This document shows positions 12,170 through 23,779 of a stretch of DNA of 64,000 nucleotides, piece by piece. The position numbers and the translations under genes were made by a program. The notes under the pieces were generated by a model. It did not search any database and had not been told where the DNA came from. It saw nothing but the letters and a program-made list of their open reading frames with translations. Every line of letters starts with the position of its first letter. Position 1 is the first letter of the stretch. The DNA lies in the NCBI GenBank assembly GCA_973895155.1, contig OZ316891.1:19679048-19743047 (forward strand). Direction: 5' to 3'. Source of the DNA: Marsupella aquatica. Taxonomy: Eukaryota > Plantae > Marchantiophyta.

Positions 12170-13976
12170 ATGGCAGCAAGGGGCGCACTAGTTCGACGTG
12201 GAGCTCGTTTATCTCAGCTGTATTTGACTTCGGCGTCCCCTTCGTCCAACGCAGCTTCTTCTTTATCTTCAACTTCTGGTAGAAATCAAAGCTTGGTCCC
12301 CCTTTCTGGAATTCCTGCATCCTTTTCTTCTTGCTATCTGAACCCATGTGAAGCCGTGTTTCGTACTGAACTTGAAACAAAATTGCTAGTAGTAATCATA
12401 CTCACGGATTACGGATTCATCGCCTGAGGACTTCCCCATGGAATTGGCAGCTCTATCGGTCAGGGTTTTAGGTTTTGGCACTGTCTTGTGTGAGTGTGCG
12501 GATGTGAATGCTGATAAAGTTGTGTCACCTTTCACAATTGGGCCAGTTTTGAATAGCCATTGTGTGCTACATGTAGTTCAGCAATGGACGCTTTGAACAT
12601 TAGTAGGAGCTGGAGTCCAACTCGGACATGAAATGGTCTTGATGAGCATGATGATCAATCCCTCCTGGTGACTGTCTGAATTGAATTTTCACCGCAGGAA
12701 TTTGTGTAGATCTTGCTGTTCGGTTCTGAACTGCTGGCGTTGCAGCTTTCACTGCTTAGTAAAACCGCCTGAAGGAACCTCAGAGTTCTCTTGCTTCATA
12801 CACCAGAATTGTGCATGACCTACAGTGAACTAGAAATTATACTCATTAACTGTAAGTATAAGATAGCGAGAGAGGTTCCTGATGTACATTAGCATGGCCT
12901 ATTGGCGCAGGTATAGACTTGCAGGATTTTCTGCGAGCTGTTGGGAGGGGCGTGGACGTGCATGCTGAAAAGACGGCGAAGGAGGCCGAGTCATTATCGA
13001 TTTTTTTGCAATTTGGAGGTCGAAGCTTGAAACGACTTGGTATCCCTTGGCACCAAGTACGTGTATTTCTGCACTTTTTCCCAAAATAGGGTAGACTGTA
13101 CCCAATCAACATGAATCAAAGCTTGTGCTTTGTATTGATTGAATAATCTTTCGCGGCTTGAGATACATATTCAGTCAAGCATTGCTGCTGAAAAGCATTT
13201 GAATAATTCTCAACGGCTCTTTCTTTTGCCGATGAACTGTTGCAATGCACGATTGAATGAAATGCTTCGGAAACTTAAAAGTGCTTGGTATCTCTTCCCA
13301 AGAGGTTTCTTTATTTCTGCTTTCTACACAAATATGTCATAGGACATCTAAATCGGGGACTAACTTCTTGCCGAACAAACAATTCTTCCTGTCCTACCAC
13401 CTAAACCTTGGCTTTGAAAATCATTTGAAGAGTTATAGTTGGCGTTGGTCCGATCGATGAATTGTTGCAATGCATCAATAAAGTAGTATCTGTTCTGCCC
13501 ATCGTTTCTCACGTGGAAAGCTGAAAGTGATGAGGCTGAGATACTGCTTTAGCTGCTAGCTATATGTAATCCGGTAGAAAGTGTTGGGACTGTGATATTG
13601 TTAAAAGATATTTCTTGCGACAACGCTGGCTTGGTAATGGATGTAAGCAAGAGCTTTTCAAGCCCGTGGAGATTCATCTTATTGGTAGTAAATACTTCAC
13701 CTTTAGCATGAACATTACCCGCACTGCATAACACAGAAAGGTCCCAGGCAGGGAATATGGAAACCATTCATTTTTCAGGAAAAAATATCCGTGAGACTTG
13801 ATAGCTCTGCATTGATTTGGACAACAGGGATATGTTCTTGTACAATTTCCTTCTACGGTTCAAATATTCGAGTAGAAGATCCTACTGGTTCAAGAATACC
13901 TGCAGTTGTCATACCCAAATCCCGGGATCGTAGACCTCCTACAGGTGGAATCGACAGTATCGTCGTACTGAAGTAG
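12170..13976 (+). CDS. IGR-motif protein (mitoribosomal mS41/Fyv4-like), divergent; exons 12170-12278, 12911-13056 and probable exon 13707-13976
   Basis: Exon 1 MAARGALVRRGARLSQLYLTSASPSS.. resembles a mitochondrial presequence. Exon 2 GIDLQDFLRAVGRGVDVHAEKTAKEAESLSIFLQFGGRSLKRLGIPWHQ fits the IGR pattern (FLxxIGRG..H..K...LKxLGIP). Exon 3 contains TQKGPRQGIWKP, resembling the plant IGR tail THKYRLGLWRP. Splice phases are compatible. Confidence 0.75.
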
Positions 13977-14019
13977 GTATGTGCAGAGTCGCTTAACTAA
14001 TTTTAATTCACTCGTGCAG

Positions 14020-15858
14020 TTGGAGACTGGCAAGCAGAGAAATCATCCGAATTGCGCGAGAAACCAGCTAAAGGAGGGTGTAAGGTTGAGAGTTTTTTAT
14101 CATTACTCAACTAATGGTGTTCAAGAAAGTGATGACGGCGTCTCTTGCTGCAATTCCGCTGTTAGGGACCCACCGGTCCACAGCGCTTCTCAATACTTAC
14201 CGAAATCTCAAGTTTTAAATCAAGTCTTGACAGTGCTCAATGAGATTTCCAAAACAGATGACCTGTCTCACAAGTTGGCCCCTTTTAATGGAAAGATTTC
14301 ATTGATGGATGGAACGACGATCATGAAACTGATGAACGACAAACGTTTGTGCTTCAGTTTTTATATGTGGTTGAAGCGGCAGGACGATTATACTCCGGAT
14401 TTGACATCCTTACTGACAGTTATAAGATTTCTTTTGCTCACAAACAAGTGGGAGAAGCTGATTATTGTCACCCAGGATTTCTTCGACTCGGGATTCGAAT
14501 TGGATAATGGGGCATATTGCAGGATCATCAAGGAGGCAAGCTTGAGTGGCGCGATACCGGTTTGTGAGTGGTGGTTTCAGAAGATGAAAGATCGCGGATG
14601 CTGGCCAGACCAGACCACATACAATACCATGATACACGCGTATGCGTTGGCAAGGATGCCAGAGAAATCATTTGCTACCTTTGACGACATGAAAGCGATG
14701 GGCATTGAACCAGATATTAACACGTTCTGTCACCTTCTCAATGCTTGCCAGAAAACCGGAGATCCAGTAACTGCGCACAATATCTTTCTGCAGATAAAAA
14801 ATCATGGATTGACGCCAGATTTGGTCACTTACAGTATTCTTCTTGATACCTACGGAAAGCAAGGAAAAACCACAGAAGCTGCAGCTTTGTTCAAAGAAAT
14901 GCAAGATGCTGGGTTTACAGCTGATGCCAAAGCTTACAACAGTCTCATACATGCATACGGGAAGGCGGGGATGATGGATCAAGCGACCTCAGCGTTCAAA
15001 GACTATCAAAAAGTAGCAGATCAAAATCCAGACAAAATAGTATTCTGGATGATGCTGCACTTGTATTCCAAAACTGGTCTGCTACAAGAAGCCTTAGCAG
15101 TGAAAAGAATGATGAGGGTTGCGAAGATACCAGTAGATGTGTCTTGCTATGCGGATTTGATTGATGGTTTCAAGCGGAAGGAGAGGTGGGAGGACGCAGC
15201 AAGAGCCTTCAAGGAGATGCAGCGATATAAATATCCAATTGGAGAGAGGATGTACGAAATGATGATGAAAATCTACTCGAAAGCCGGACATCATGTGGAG
15301 TGTGAGAGAATGTATGATGAGATGATAGCGAAGGGGTTCAGAAATAGACTGGACATGTACGAGATAATGATAAATATTTATAACCGAACAAACAATATCA
15401 CAAATGCCACTCGGATCTATGAGCAGATGAAACGGAATAATTGTATTCCAAATCGAAACATCTGCAATACAATGATCCACATCTATAGCAAGGCTGGTAT
15501 GTTACCAGCCTGTGAGAAAATAGCTGAGGAGATGGGAAGTTTCGGAATCAAACCTAACAAAAGCACTTTTCTTACCCTCATCAAGGCGTATACTGCTTAT
15601 GGACAGTATTTTAGTGCGATGGATATGTATGACATGATGCAACAAGCTGGAATTAAACCTGACTATGAGCTGTCCGAGCTAATTGTGGAAGTACTTCTTA
15701 AGACAAGTCAAGTGGAGAAAGCGGAGAGATTCTTGAAAGAGATAATAGCCGCAGGCATAAACCCCAACAAACGCATGGTCTCTGCAGTGCTAAGTGCTGG
15801 AGGGGTTGTAGAATTATCGAAACCCTTAGCTATTTCGAGAACAAGAAGTCCAGACTAG
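14020..15858 (+). CDS. P-class pentatricopeptide repeat protein exon (~13 repeats, no E/DYW domain); 5' end supplied by splicing
   Basis: 35-aa repeats, e.g. QTTYNTMIHAYALARMPEKSFATFDDMKAMGIEPD. In-frame TGA at 13969-13971 and first in-frame ATG only at 14303. Strong branch point and acceptor CTAAT..cgtgcAG ending at 14019. Confidence 0.93.
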   Translation: METGKQRNHPNCARNQLKEGVRLRVFYHYSTNGVQESDDGVSCCNSAVRDPPVHSASQYLPKSQVLNQVLTVLNEISKTDDLSHKLAPFNGKISLMDGTTIMKLMNDKRLCFSFYMWLKRQDDYTPDLTSLLTVIRFLLLTNKWEKLIIVTQDFFDSGFELDNGAYCRIIKEASLSGAIPVCEWWFQKMKDRGCWPDQTTYNTMIHAYALARMPEKSFATFDDMKAMGIEPDINTFCHLLNACQKTGDPVTAHNIFLQIKNHGLTPDLVTYSILLDTYGKQGKTTEAAALFKEMQDAGFTADAKAYNSLIHAYGKAGMMDQATSAFKDYQKVADQNPDKIVFWMMLHLYSKTGLLQEALAVKRMMRVAKIPVDVSCYADLIDGFKRKERWEDAARAFKEMQRYKYPIGERMYEMMMKIYSKAGHHVECERMYDEMIAKGFRNRLDMYEIMINIYNRTNNITNATRIYEQMKRNNCIPNRNICNTMIHIYSKAGMLPACEKIAEEMGSFGIKPNKSTFLTLIKAYTAYGQYFSAMDMYDMMQQAGIKPDYELSELIVEVLLKTSQVEKAERFLKEIIAAGINPNKRMVSAVLSAGGVVELSKPLAISRTRSPD

Positions 15859-17742
15859 AAAGCCTTTTGTTGAACTTAAACTCTTGGTCCTGATGACATA
15901 TTTAGGTGCATTCCTCCGCACGTGCTGTCATGTCCGATACCACTAAGGTCTTGTGGACCGACTTTTTTCTTACCCTACCTAGTCCGACGTTTGTGGGGAC
16001 TTAGTCTTGAAAATCTCAAATCTTCCAAACTACAATCTTTCTTGAGCTCGGACTGTCTCAGTATAATCTTTGCCTGTCTTTACCTCGTTGGTACATTCGT
16101 CTTGCAAGTGACAAGGAGCGTGGCAGGTACTTATGCAAGTTTTTGCATTTGTCCTGGATTCCTGCGAAGAGGATTCATTACGACATCAATCCCAAATCTT
16201 ATCCGGTGAGCTTAAATGGGGTTTCCTTCTTCCCAGCACATGAATTCTTGAAGTCAATAGACATAAATTTCTTTCTGCAGATTGGCAGTATCACTAGGCA
16301 AGTTTCAAGATTAGCACGATGTATCTTTGCTGTATCCCCTCCAGCTATGGAGGGTTATATTTGTCGACGCCTTGCGTCTCAGCTAAAAGTTGTTTCCCCG
16401 TTCCCTGTTCAGATTCTGATGGCACCCCGGCTACGCATCCATGGGTCTACGTAAATTATGCAACCTTGGAGAGGGATAGAAGTTGTTCATTTTTGGCAAA
16501 AGTGGAGGTTTCAGTAACAGATGACTGCAGTAGACTGCTTCTTTACTGAAAAAAGAAGCTTACTGTGTCTTGTTTTAAGAGTAGAGTTGGTGTAATACTT
16601 GATCTAGCCGTGGGGACTAGTCCTGTAAAAATGGAGTGAAATTATTTTCTCGCTCTAGCTCAATGAATATAGTAATGGAAGGGTGTTTTCCATACTTGAA
16701 TAAAGCAGATTGAAGCATTCCAAGAATTCGCATCACTTTCCGAAAGACATGTATGGCCACCTTTTCTTACGGACTTCACTTATGATATATTTTCAATTAT
16801 GCCACGTGATTGTCTAGTACAGTGCAGTAATATATGAAATGGGGGCCCTGGCCCAGCCCCTAAACATATACCATTTTTCTCAGTGCAGATAGGCAGACAG
16901 ACAACGCTAGTCTTGCGTCCTAGAGCACTCGCTAAGGTCCTGAATGCTCAAGTCAAGTTCATCCTTCGTATGGAATTGTTACTTTCAGAGACGGTCAATT
17001 ATTTCCTGAGGTTTAAGCTTCCTTAGGGAATAATTGCTTGCTCAAGGAAATATATGATTCGACAGTGTCAAGTATGATACGTTTGAGATTCAAAGGTATT
17101 AAACCCATCAAAGGTTAAGGATTGTTGACACCATGAAGATCAACTCACGCAATCGACGAAGCTGTTCTCTTCAGATTTCGAGTGGGACCCAGAGAAGGTG
17201 GGGATATCAATTTGCGATATCTATCTGGTAAGGTAGCTCGAATCTCCTTGCGTTCTGTACCACCACGAACACTTCATGTGCATAGGTAGCGCATGCAGGA
17301 TTTCACTTCCATTGCTAGCTAATTTCTGTTGGCTAAAAGTGACGCCTGTGAACTCGTATGTCGTCAGTTTAAACGTCCACAAACCAATTGCTATTGTGAA
17401 GTTCACGAGAACCTTATCTTTCCAGGCGCGGCTACAGAATGAAGAGTCTAAAGCAGTGGTAATGACGTCGTGGTCTCGACCGCCTTTACTAATCCTATAT
17501 GAACGTCTAATCTCCATGTCCAGCTATTCTTGCCCGCCTGTGATCCCAGCTTAAACTACCAATCAAGTATAATCCACACATACCCATGCGGATCTAGCGT
17601 GTTGCTGTCACCACTCCTCTTCAAACAAATACAGAACTGCCATATTGAGAAATGAATGTATATGTTTGTACAGCCCAAGGTAGGTGAAAACCTTGTTTTA
17701 CTAACTACTGTAGAGGAAAATTGTTTAGCTTTCCACCATCTA

Positions 17743-20700
17743 TTACTTCAACCCATCCCCAACATATGAGTTACTAGAAGTCCTCGATCTCTTCCGATTT
17801 TTCTTACTGTGGTAAAAGACCTGCACGTGAAAAGCGCCATCGAATTGGCAGTTAAATTCAATGGCTTAAAAGTCTCCAACGACATCGCATGGAATGCTTG
17901 ACAAAAGCATACACAAGAAAATGAAAGAGTACACACTTGAATGGGTGGGGGTTCCATTGTTCGCTGCAGCACGTAAACATCTACGATGAGTCCCTGAGCA
18001 CAAAGCATAATAGTTTAGATGGTTTTGTGTTAGCCAATGTCCTCTCTAGCAGTGCCCACCACTCTGGCAAAAGATCTACAATTTTTTCCGTCTTCATTCA
18101 GATCCAATAATTTATCTTTTGCGGCTGTATCAACAGTGAGAGCAGTTGCAGTGGAGGGGAAAAATAGAGCACTGCTCCACTAATGGACACATAAGTCTAT
18201 GATACAATACGAATTTCGAAAAACCACCTCCAGGGTAGTTGCAGACTTGGGTAGACACTGGTTTAATCATTTTCTTCTATTTGTTTTTATTATTTGTGTT
18301 ATGGTTTACCAAGGCTTCAGATCTTGTGTGCATTGTAACGCTCAGGCTTCTCCACGGTTTGATAATATTTAAAATATTTTTTCTGGAAAGGGTACTGTAG
18401 GACAACTAACTAAGCAAATGCTTTTGGTGCAGAATTTTGATAGTAAAAGGGTCATAGAATCAGAAACCAGCTGTATGATTCGTAGTGGACAAGGAAGACC
18501 ATAGGCAAAACTGACGACAAACTGTGAAAGTTCCCAGAACCTTGCGCTCTCATAACCATCCCCCTATAGTACGCAGCGCTCTACGAACAAGAAGTTCCAA
18601 AGCATGACAAGCATACTCTGAGTACCAATATACTAGGTCCATGGTTTTAGGACACACCTCCATATTAATACTTAGTTTCTGTAACAGCTCCAAGAAGGGT
18701 TTTTGAGTGACCTCCACCTCCCTACGCATGCTCTTGCTCTGAGCCATAAGTACCGCGATTCCTGAATCCACCGTTTTCCCAGTACAAAATCAGCACCACT
18801 TAGACACAACTTGGGACGTCACCAGGGGAAGAAATCGGGAGAAAGGTGTCATACTGACAGCCAGGACTTAAGTATGTAAACGCCTAGATCTAGAACTATA
18901 GCAAGTCCAGCAGAATTTGGAACTGTCTCCAATGCAAATGCTCGAAAGCTTGCCAAGCTGCGACTGTAGACAAGGTTACAAACGCTGCAAACGGCGCGAT
19001 TAACGTTGGACACCTCGATTGGAAAGTTTTTAAGCTTTGTGAAATTTTCAGACTATGGGACAGAGTCTCCACAGAACCGAGGACAGGACATATTCAGAAG
19101 ACAATCTATTCACGTCCTGGTTTGTTGGTATTGAGAACTTTCAGCAGCAGGCGCCCAGATTGATTGTGTAGGTTATTCACTGAGTGCACCTGTTCCTGGC
19201 TGGAGAATTCGTACGACCTGCAGGAATGTCCTCATAACATTGAATTATTGAATTCAGTGAAACCTTTCAGACTGACCACCACGCATGTAATGCAGAAGCT
19301 ATTACTTCTTCTCAGAAGTCAAGAAACTGTGATGCAGAAACTGAACTGTTCGAGGGAGGACCAAAGCTTCTTACCTCTTTCACAACCTTCGGACACAGCC
19401 ACTCCCTCACTTTGGCATTACCTGTGCATTTACAATAATTGAACTCTTGAATTTTCTACAGTACATTCAAAATTTAAGGTTGCTACCAAGGCCTACAACA
19501 GAATAGGAGGACAGTCCTCAGAGACAATGCAATAGCTCGAGAAGGTGAAGGAACCTATTATTCGTAAGCACTGCTTGCTAAGAGTCATCCGACAACAAAT
19601 AATTAAGAGCTAACACCAGTTATTTTGGAAAACGTACGTACCACAACGATTCCCAAACGGCATGTCACAAACTACACGGTCCACAGTGCCACTTCGTAGA
19701 GGTAAATGTGCTGCATCCCACTGAAGAACATCGCAAGGACCTCCTCCAGGCCCTCGTCCTGCCATATTGGGTTTAAGTTCCACCAAACATCATGTATAAC
19801 ATACATGCATGCACAAGGCAATAAGTCATGAAAACGATAAATTTACTCAAACCAGTTTGGGATAATGAGAAAGGGTAAACTGGTTAAGGCTCAGACACAA
19901 ACCCGCAGAATTGGTTTTGGAAGCGTCTACAGCTTGCGAAGAATCATCACCTGCGAGGGACATAAGTTGTCCCTTCAGCCAGTCCGCTGCCTCCAATGGT
20001 ATTGTCCCACATCCACACCTGCAAGAGTAAACATTCCTTTGAAGCTCTAATACCGTTTCTCTGAAAATAATATGATGTTTCTCGAAAAGGTTAACATTTC
20101 ACCAACGGGAGTTACAGCATTTGGCAGTTGATCAAAGAATGGAACTTACATTGGGTCAACGACAATTTGCCCAGGCGCAATCTGACCGAGCTGAAGTAGT
20201 GCAAATGCTGTACTGCCGATAGGGGACGGGAAAAAAGCATATCATTGAAAGCAACATTTAAGTTGCATATCCTTCAAACAAATAACTCATAAGACATCTC
20301 TGCAACAATTTTGCTTTGCCAATTGTCTCAGAGTAACACTGAGATGCGGTCACGTGATTTCGTACATTCCTCTTACAAGAAACTGGGACAAGTTTTCATG
20401 CAAATTTTCAGGCCACTTCATGTCCACAATGTAACTCTGTTCCAAAGATCAACTTTCCATGTTATCATATACGATGTAAAGCATTTCAAAATTAGAAAAA
20501 CTAGGTTCAGCAAAAGACAAATGTGAAGCTTTCCCTCTAAGGTTATGCCATAGGCCTTCTTTCCTTAAAACCCTATATTACATAGTATCTAGGAACGGAC
20601 AAAAGTACTATGTCAATAGACTAACTGTACGCTCTGGGAAAGTACTCTCTTATCTGAAAAGTTGACACACCTGGGCTTCAGTGATGTCCCGACCAGTGCT

Positions 20701-23448
20701 TTCCGGTATTGCCTTCGCGAATGGAGCTGTTAAAATCCCAGTACATGAGACCTTAAGAGGGTAGACTGTTCACTTAGAAATCAATCAGACAGACAGATCT
20801 TCAAATCTTAACCCAACCCCGAACCTCTCTTTCTTCCTTGCCATCAGGGGGGGTTTGGGGGCTACCTAAGTACATGCACAGCTCTGTTGACACAAGTAGA
20901 AGATACTTCGTTATTGGCTTGAACTTCTCAATCAATGTGAGAAACATATAGTTTGTTTGAGAGCAAGTTGATCCACGTACCGCCCTCTAAAAACAAATCT
21001 ACTTCCGCCACTTTGCATTTCTGATCTAATCAATTGAACTGATAGACTTCGTTTGTTTAGCTTTAGGAATTACCTGGGCTTCGGAACGACTGGGTCTAGG
21101 AACTTTGACAGGTAATATTGTAGTTGCTTCATCTGGTACGTACTCCTTTGGATGCAGAGATACATCATCCGGAACAGCTTCTTGCTGACTGCCAGTGCTC
21201 CCAGGCATATTCTGCTTCGCGTTCTTGGGGCCACTACTACAGTACACAATGGAGCATCCCCAGATAAACCTGTTTGAGAATTAAGTGAAAGAAGGGTAGA
21301 GACCAACTTCATCGATAACCTTGACTTCGGCCGTCATTCAAGATTTCGTAATTTTTAAAGTAGGCTTTCTATTACTAGAGCGTCGCTTCACATTCTTTTC
21401 TAATCCAAATTCTTTACCGACACTAACGTGAACAAACTGAAGATTCAAAGACAACATCACAGCTCTGACGGATTTTACAACTAGTGACCAAGGTATATTA
21501 TATTTTTGCTGGCGAATGGTTTTCTACAGCGGATACGATATACCTGTACAAAAGCCCCAACACCAAAAGGAGCTCCATATCCCTTATCCAAGCCAACACT
21601 TCCACTGTTTCACAAAGTTCAAAGAGATGAATGGGAATGCTGCAAGACATAAGTACAGCACCGTGGAAATTTTCGGAAAGGGCCGAGGAAAGACGATTTG
21701 GTGAAACAGTTGAACGGCCACAATGCCACTCTACAATGTGGGCGTGGACTGACCCAGCATATTTTAGTAAATTGAAATGACTACAATGAGGAATGCATTG
21801 AGCACTTTACCATTGTAGGAGCACATATCGGCTTTCCACCCCAAAAGTTCATGGACTCCCCCTCCTATGGCAGCTGTAAGTCCAATAGATGATGAAAGTG
21901 AGAACTTGCTTACATGAGAGTCAGAGACTCTCATGTTCACATGTGGAAAAATCGTCCCATAGATGGAAGCAACGATTGGCCATTATTCTGATTCCTGATC
22001 ATCCTTAGTATGTTTGTGATTAAACATTGGCTAAATCTATCATGTAGACTCGGACGGGGGCACACTTACCAGCGGCCTCCATAGATGTATAAGCTTGCTT
22101 CTTCATTTTTAAGCAGATCCTTTCCCCTGTCACACGGAAGGATATTTGCGAGGAGTCATCCTCCTGTTCTTTATCAACGGGAGGCCTTAATCCTGAGACA
22201 AACAACTTCTGCCATTTACGGAACAGCGCCATGGAACCCTCCCAATCAATCTGCCAGCACATACGAGAGGCAGTATCATATGGCAGGGACTTACTCTCAT
22301 TCCCGGCAAACATGACAAATATCCCCTGAAGTTATCTCTGAGAAATGAAACATTCCATCACCCCAACATAAAATCCAGGTTAGTGTCAAACTTATTCTCA
22401 GACCGCGGCAGTAGCTGGGGAGACATCACTAATGAGGCGAGGGAAAGGGGTGCTTGCCTTTGAGGCAAGAGCAGTCAGATAGTTCAGCCCATTTTCCTTG
22501 TCCAATGGTACATCCTGGGACAGACAGGACGAGTAATTCTCTAGCATTAAGGACCCAGAGTCAAAGAATTCCCACAAACATTGACATGCATTAAACTATA
22601 ATTAATCCTGTGTTGATTAAATATTTAGGCGATGTTCAAGTTGATGAAGAAGGCCACCTTGTAGTGGCCCAGAAAAGCATAGACATTATCAGCAGAACGT
22701 AGCTTTGCGAGTTCCTGCATCGGCAGAAGAGGAGAAGCACCCATTAATGTTAACTTTTGACACACATTAAGTCAAAATTTACAATGTTAGACACGTAATA
22801 GTGGGCAATTACTCTGCAAAACTAGCTTCAGCTTTTACTCGTCAAGGATGCCAAAAACTTCGCCAAGTTGTTCGGGCTCGTCACCAAAATCATACTCATA
22901 ATATTCCGTCAAACATTCGGAAAATGCCTACCTGGGGCTCTGAAGTAGTTCTGAAAACGACACCTCCATTTGCTATCGAGTCCGATACAATGTGCGTTCC
23001 GTCTATGGCCTCCAACTGTAGCAGAAAGGGCAACTGTTACTCACTTTTGAGCCCAAGGAGAAGAACAGCTTACTAGCAGGACGGCCAGAAAATTCACAGA
23101 TGAATTTCAAAGCCGTCTGGCCCTGATGAATGCAGAGGACAGAAAGTTTAGCAAGAAGTCAACCTGAGCTGAAAGGCAATCGTCGCTAGAAGTTCAAAAA
23201 AATTCAGTGTGCAGATTTGTGCACTGATTCGTTGTCTTCCATAAAATTCTTATTCGTTCACTGAGTTAGAAATAGTCTATCCTCATGCAGAGCGAACTGC
23301 CCACAGAAACTGGAAGAGCTAGACACCGAGCTAAAACGAAAGAAATTGAAAAAAAAAGCAGAGTGAGGCGAGCTGGGGGTCACAGTACCTCAGAACGGAG
23401 GCAAAACTGCAACCCATTGGCGCACGAAGCCCAATAGAGCTGCTCCAT
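17743..23448 (-). CDS. THUMP-domain class I SAM-dependent RNA (guanine-N2) methyltransferase, THUMPD2/THUMPD3/Trm14-like; 17 exons
   Basis: Exons 23448-23389, 23015-22932, 22714-22658, 22514-22458, 22250-22070, 21873-21811, 21604-21544, 21269-21074, 20726-20671, 20212-20150, 20018-19903, 19758-19642, 19421-19375, 19217-19190, 18761-18658, 17993-17937, 17820-17743 splice in frame. Motifs LRSADNVY, SFRVTGER, GWKADM, VDPMCGCGTIPLEAA, QWDAAHLPLRSGTVDRVVCDMPFG. Confidence 0.92.
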
Positions 23449-23465
23449 AACCAATGTGGAGATTG

Positions 23466-23779
23466 AGCGTCGGCGCCAGAGTGGAAAAACCTGATGGAAT
23501 TGAAATGATCAGTGGGTGGGAGGGACAAATTATGAACGAGCAAGATCATGGGCTCATTCTTGTGGGTTTAGTCATGTGGATTTATGTAACGAATCTGGAA
23601 TTCTAGTGGGTTTAGTCATGTGGGTTTATGTAACGAACTCTGGAAATGATTCTCCCGTGTAATGTGACACCTTCTACACCATTCATTGACACCCTTCTCC
23701 TTGTCAAAAAGATTTCAAGAGATAGGTTTGACCTATATCTCCCTTCATATCCAACTATCTCCACTCTGGCGCCGACGCT
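23466..23779. repeat. 20-bp perfect inverted repeat enclosing a 2x ~40-bp tandem repeat, at the 5' end of the THUMP gene
   Basis: AGCGTCGGCGCCAGAGTGGA (23466-23485) and TCCACTCTGGCGCCGACGCT (23760-23779); GTGGGTTTAGTCATGTGG..TATGTAACGAA occurs twice in 23562-23645. Confidence 0.85.

Noticed and set aside
20825-20865. Extra 41-nt exon in the THUMP gene
   Set aside because: It has plausible splice sites but shifts the frame, and the flanking exons join in frame without it. At most a poison exon.
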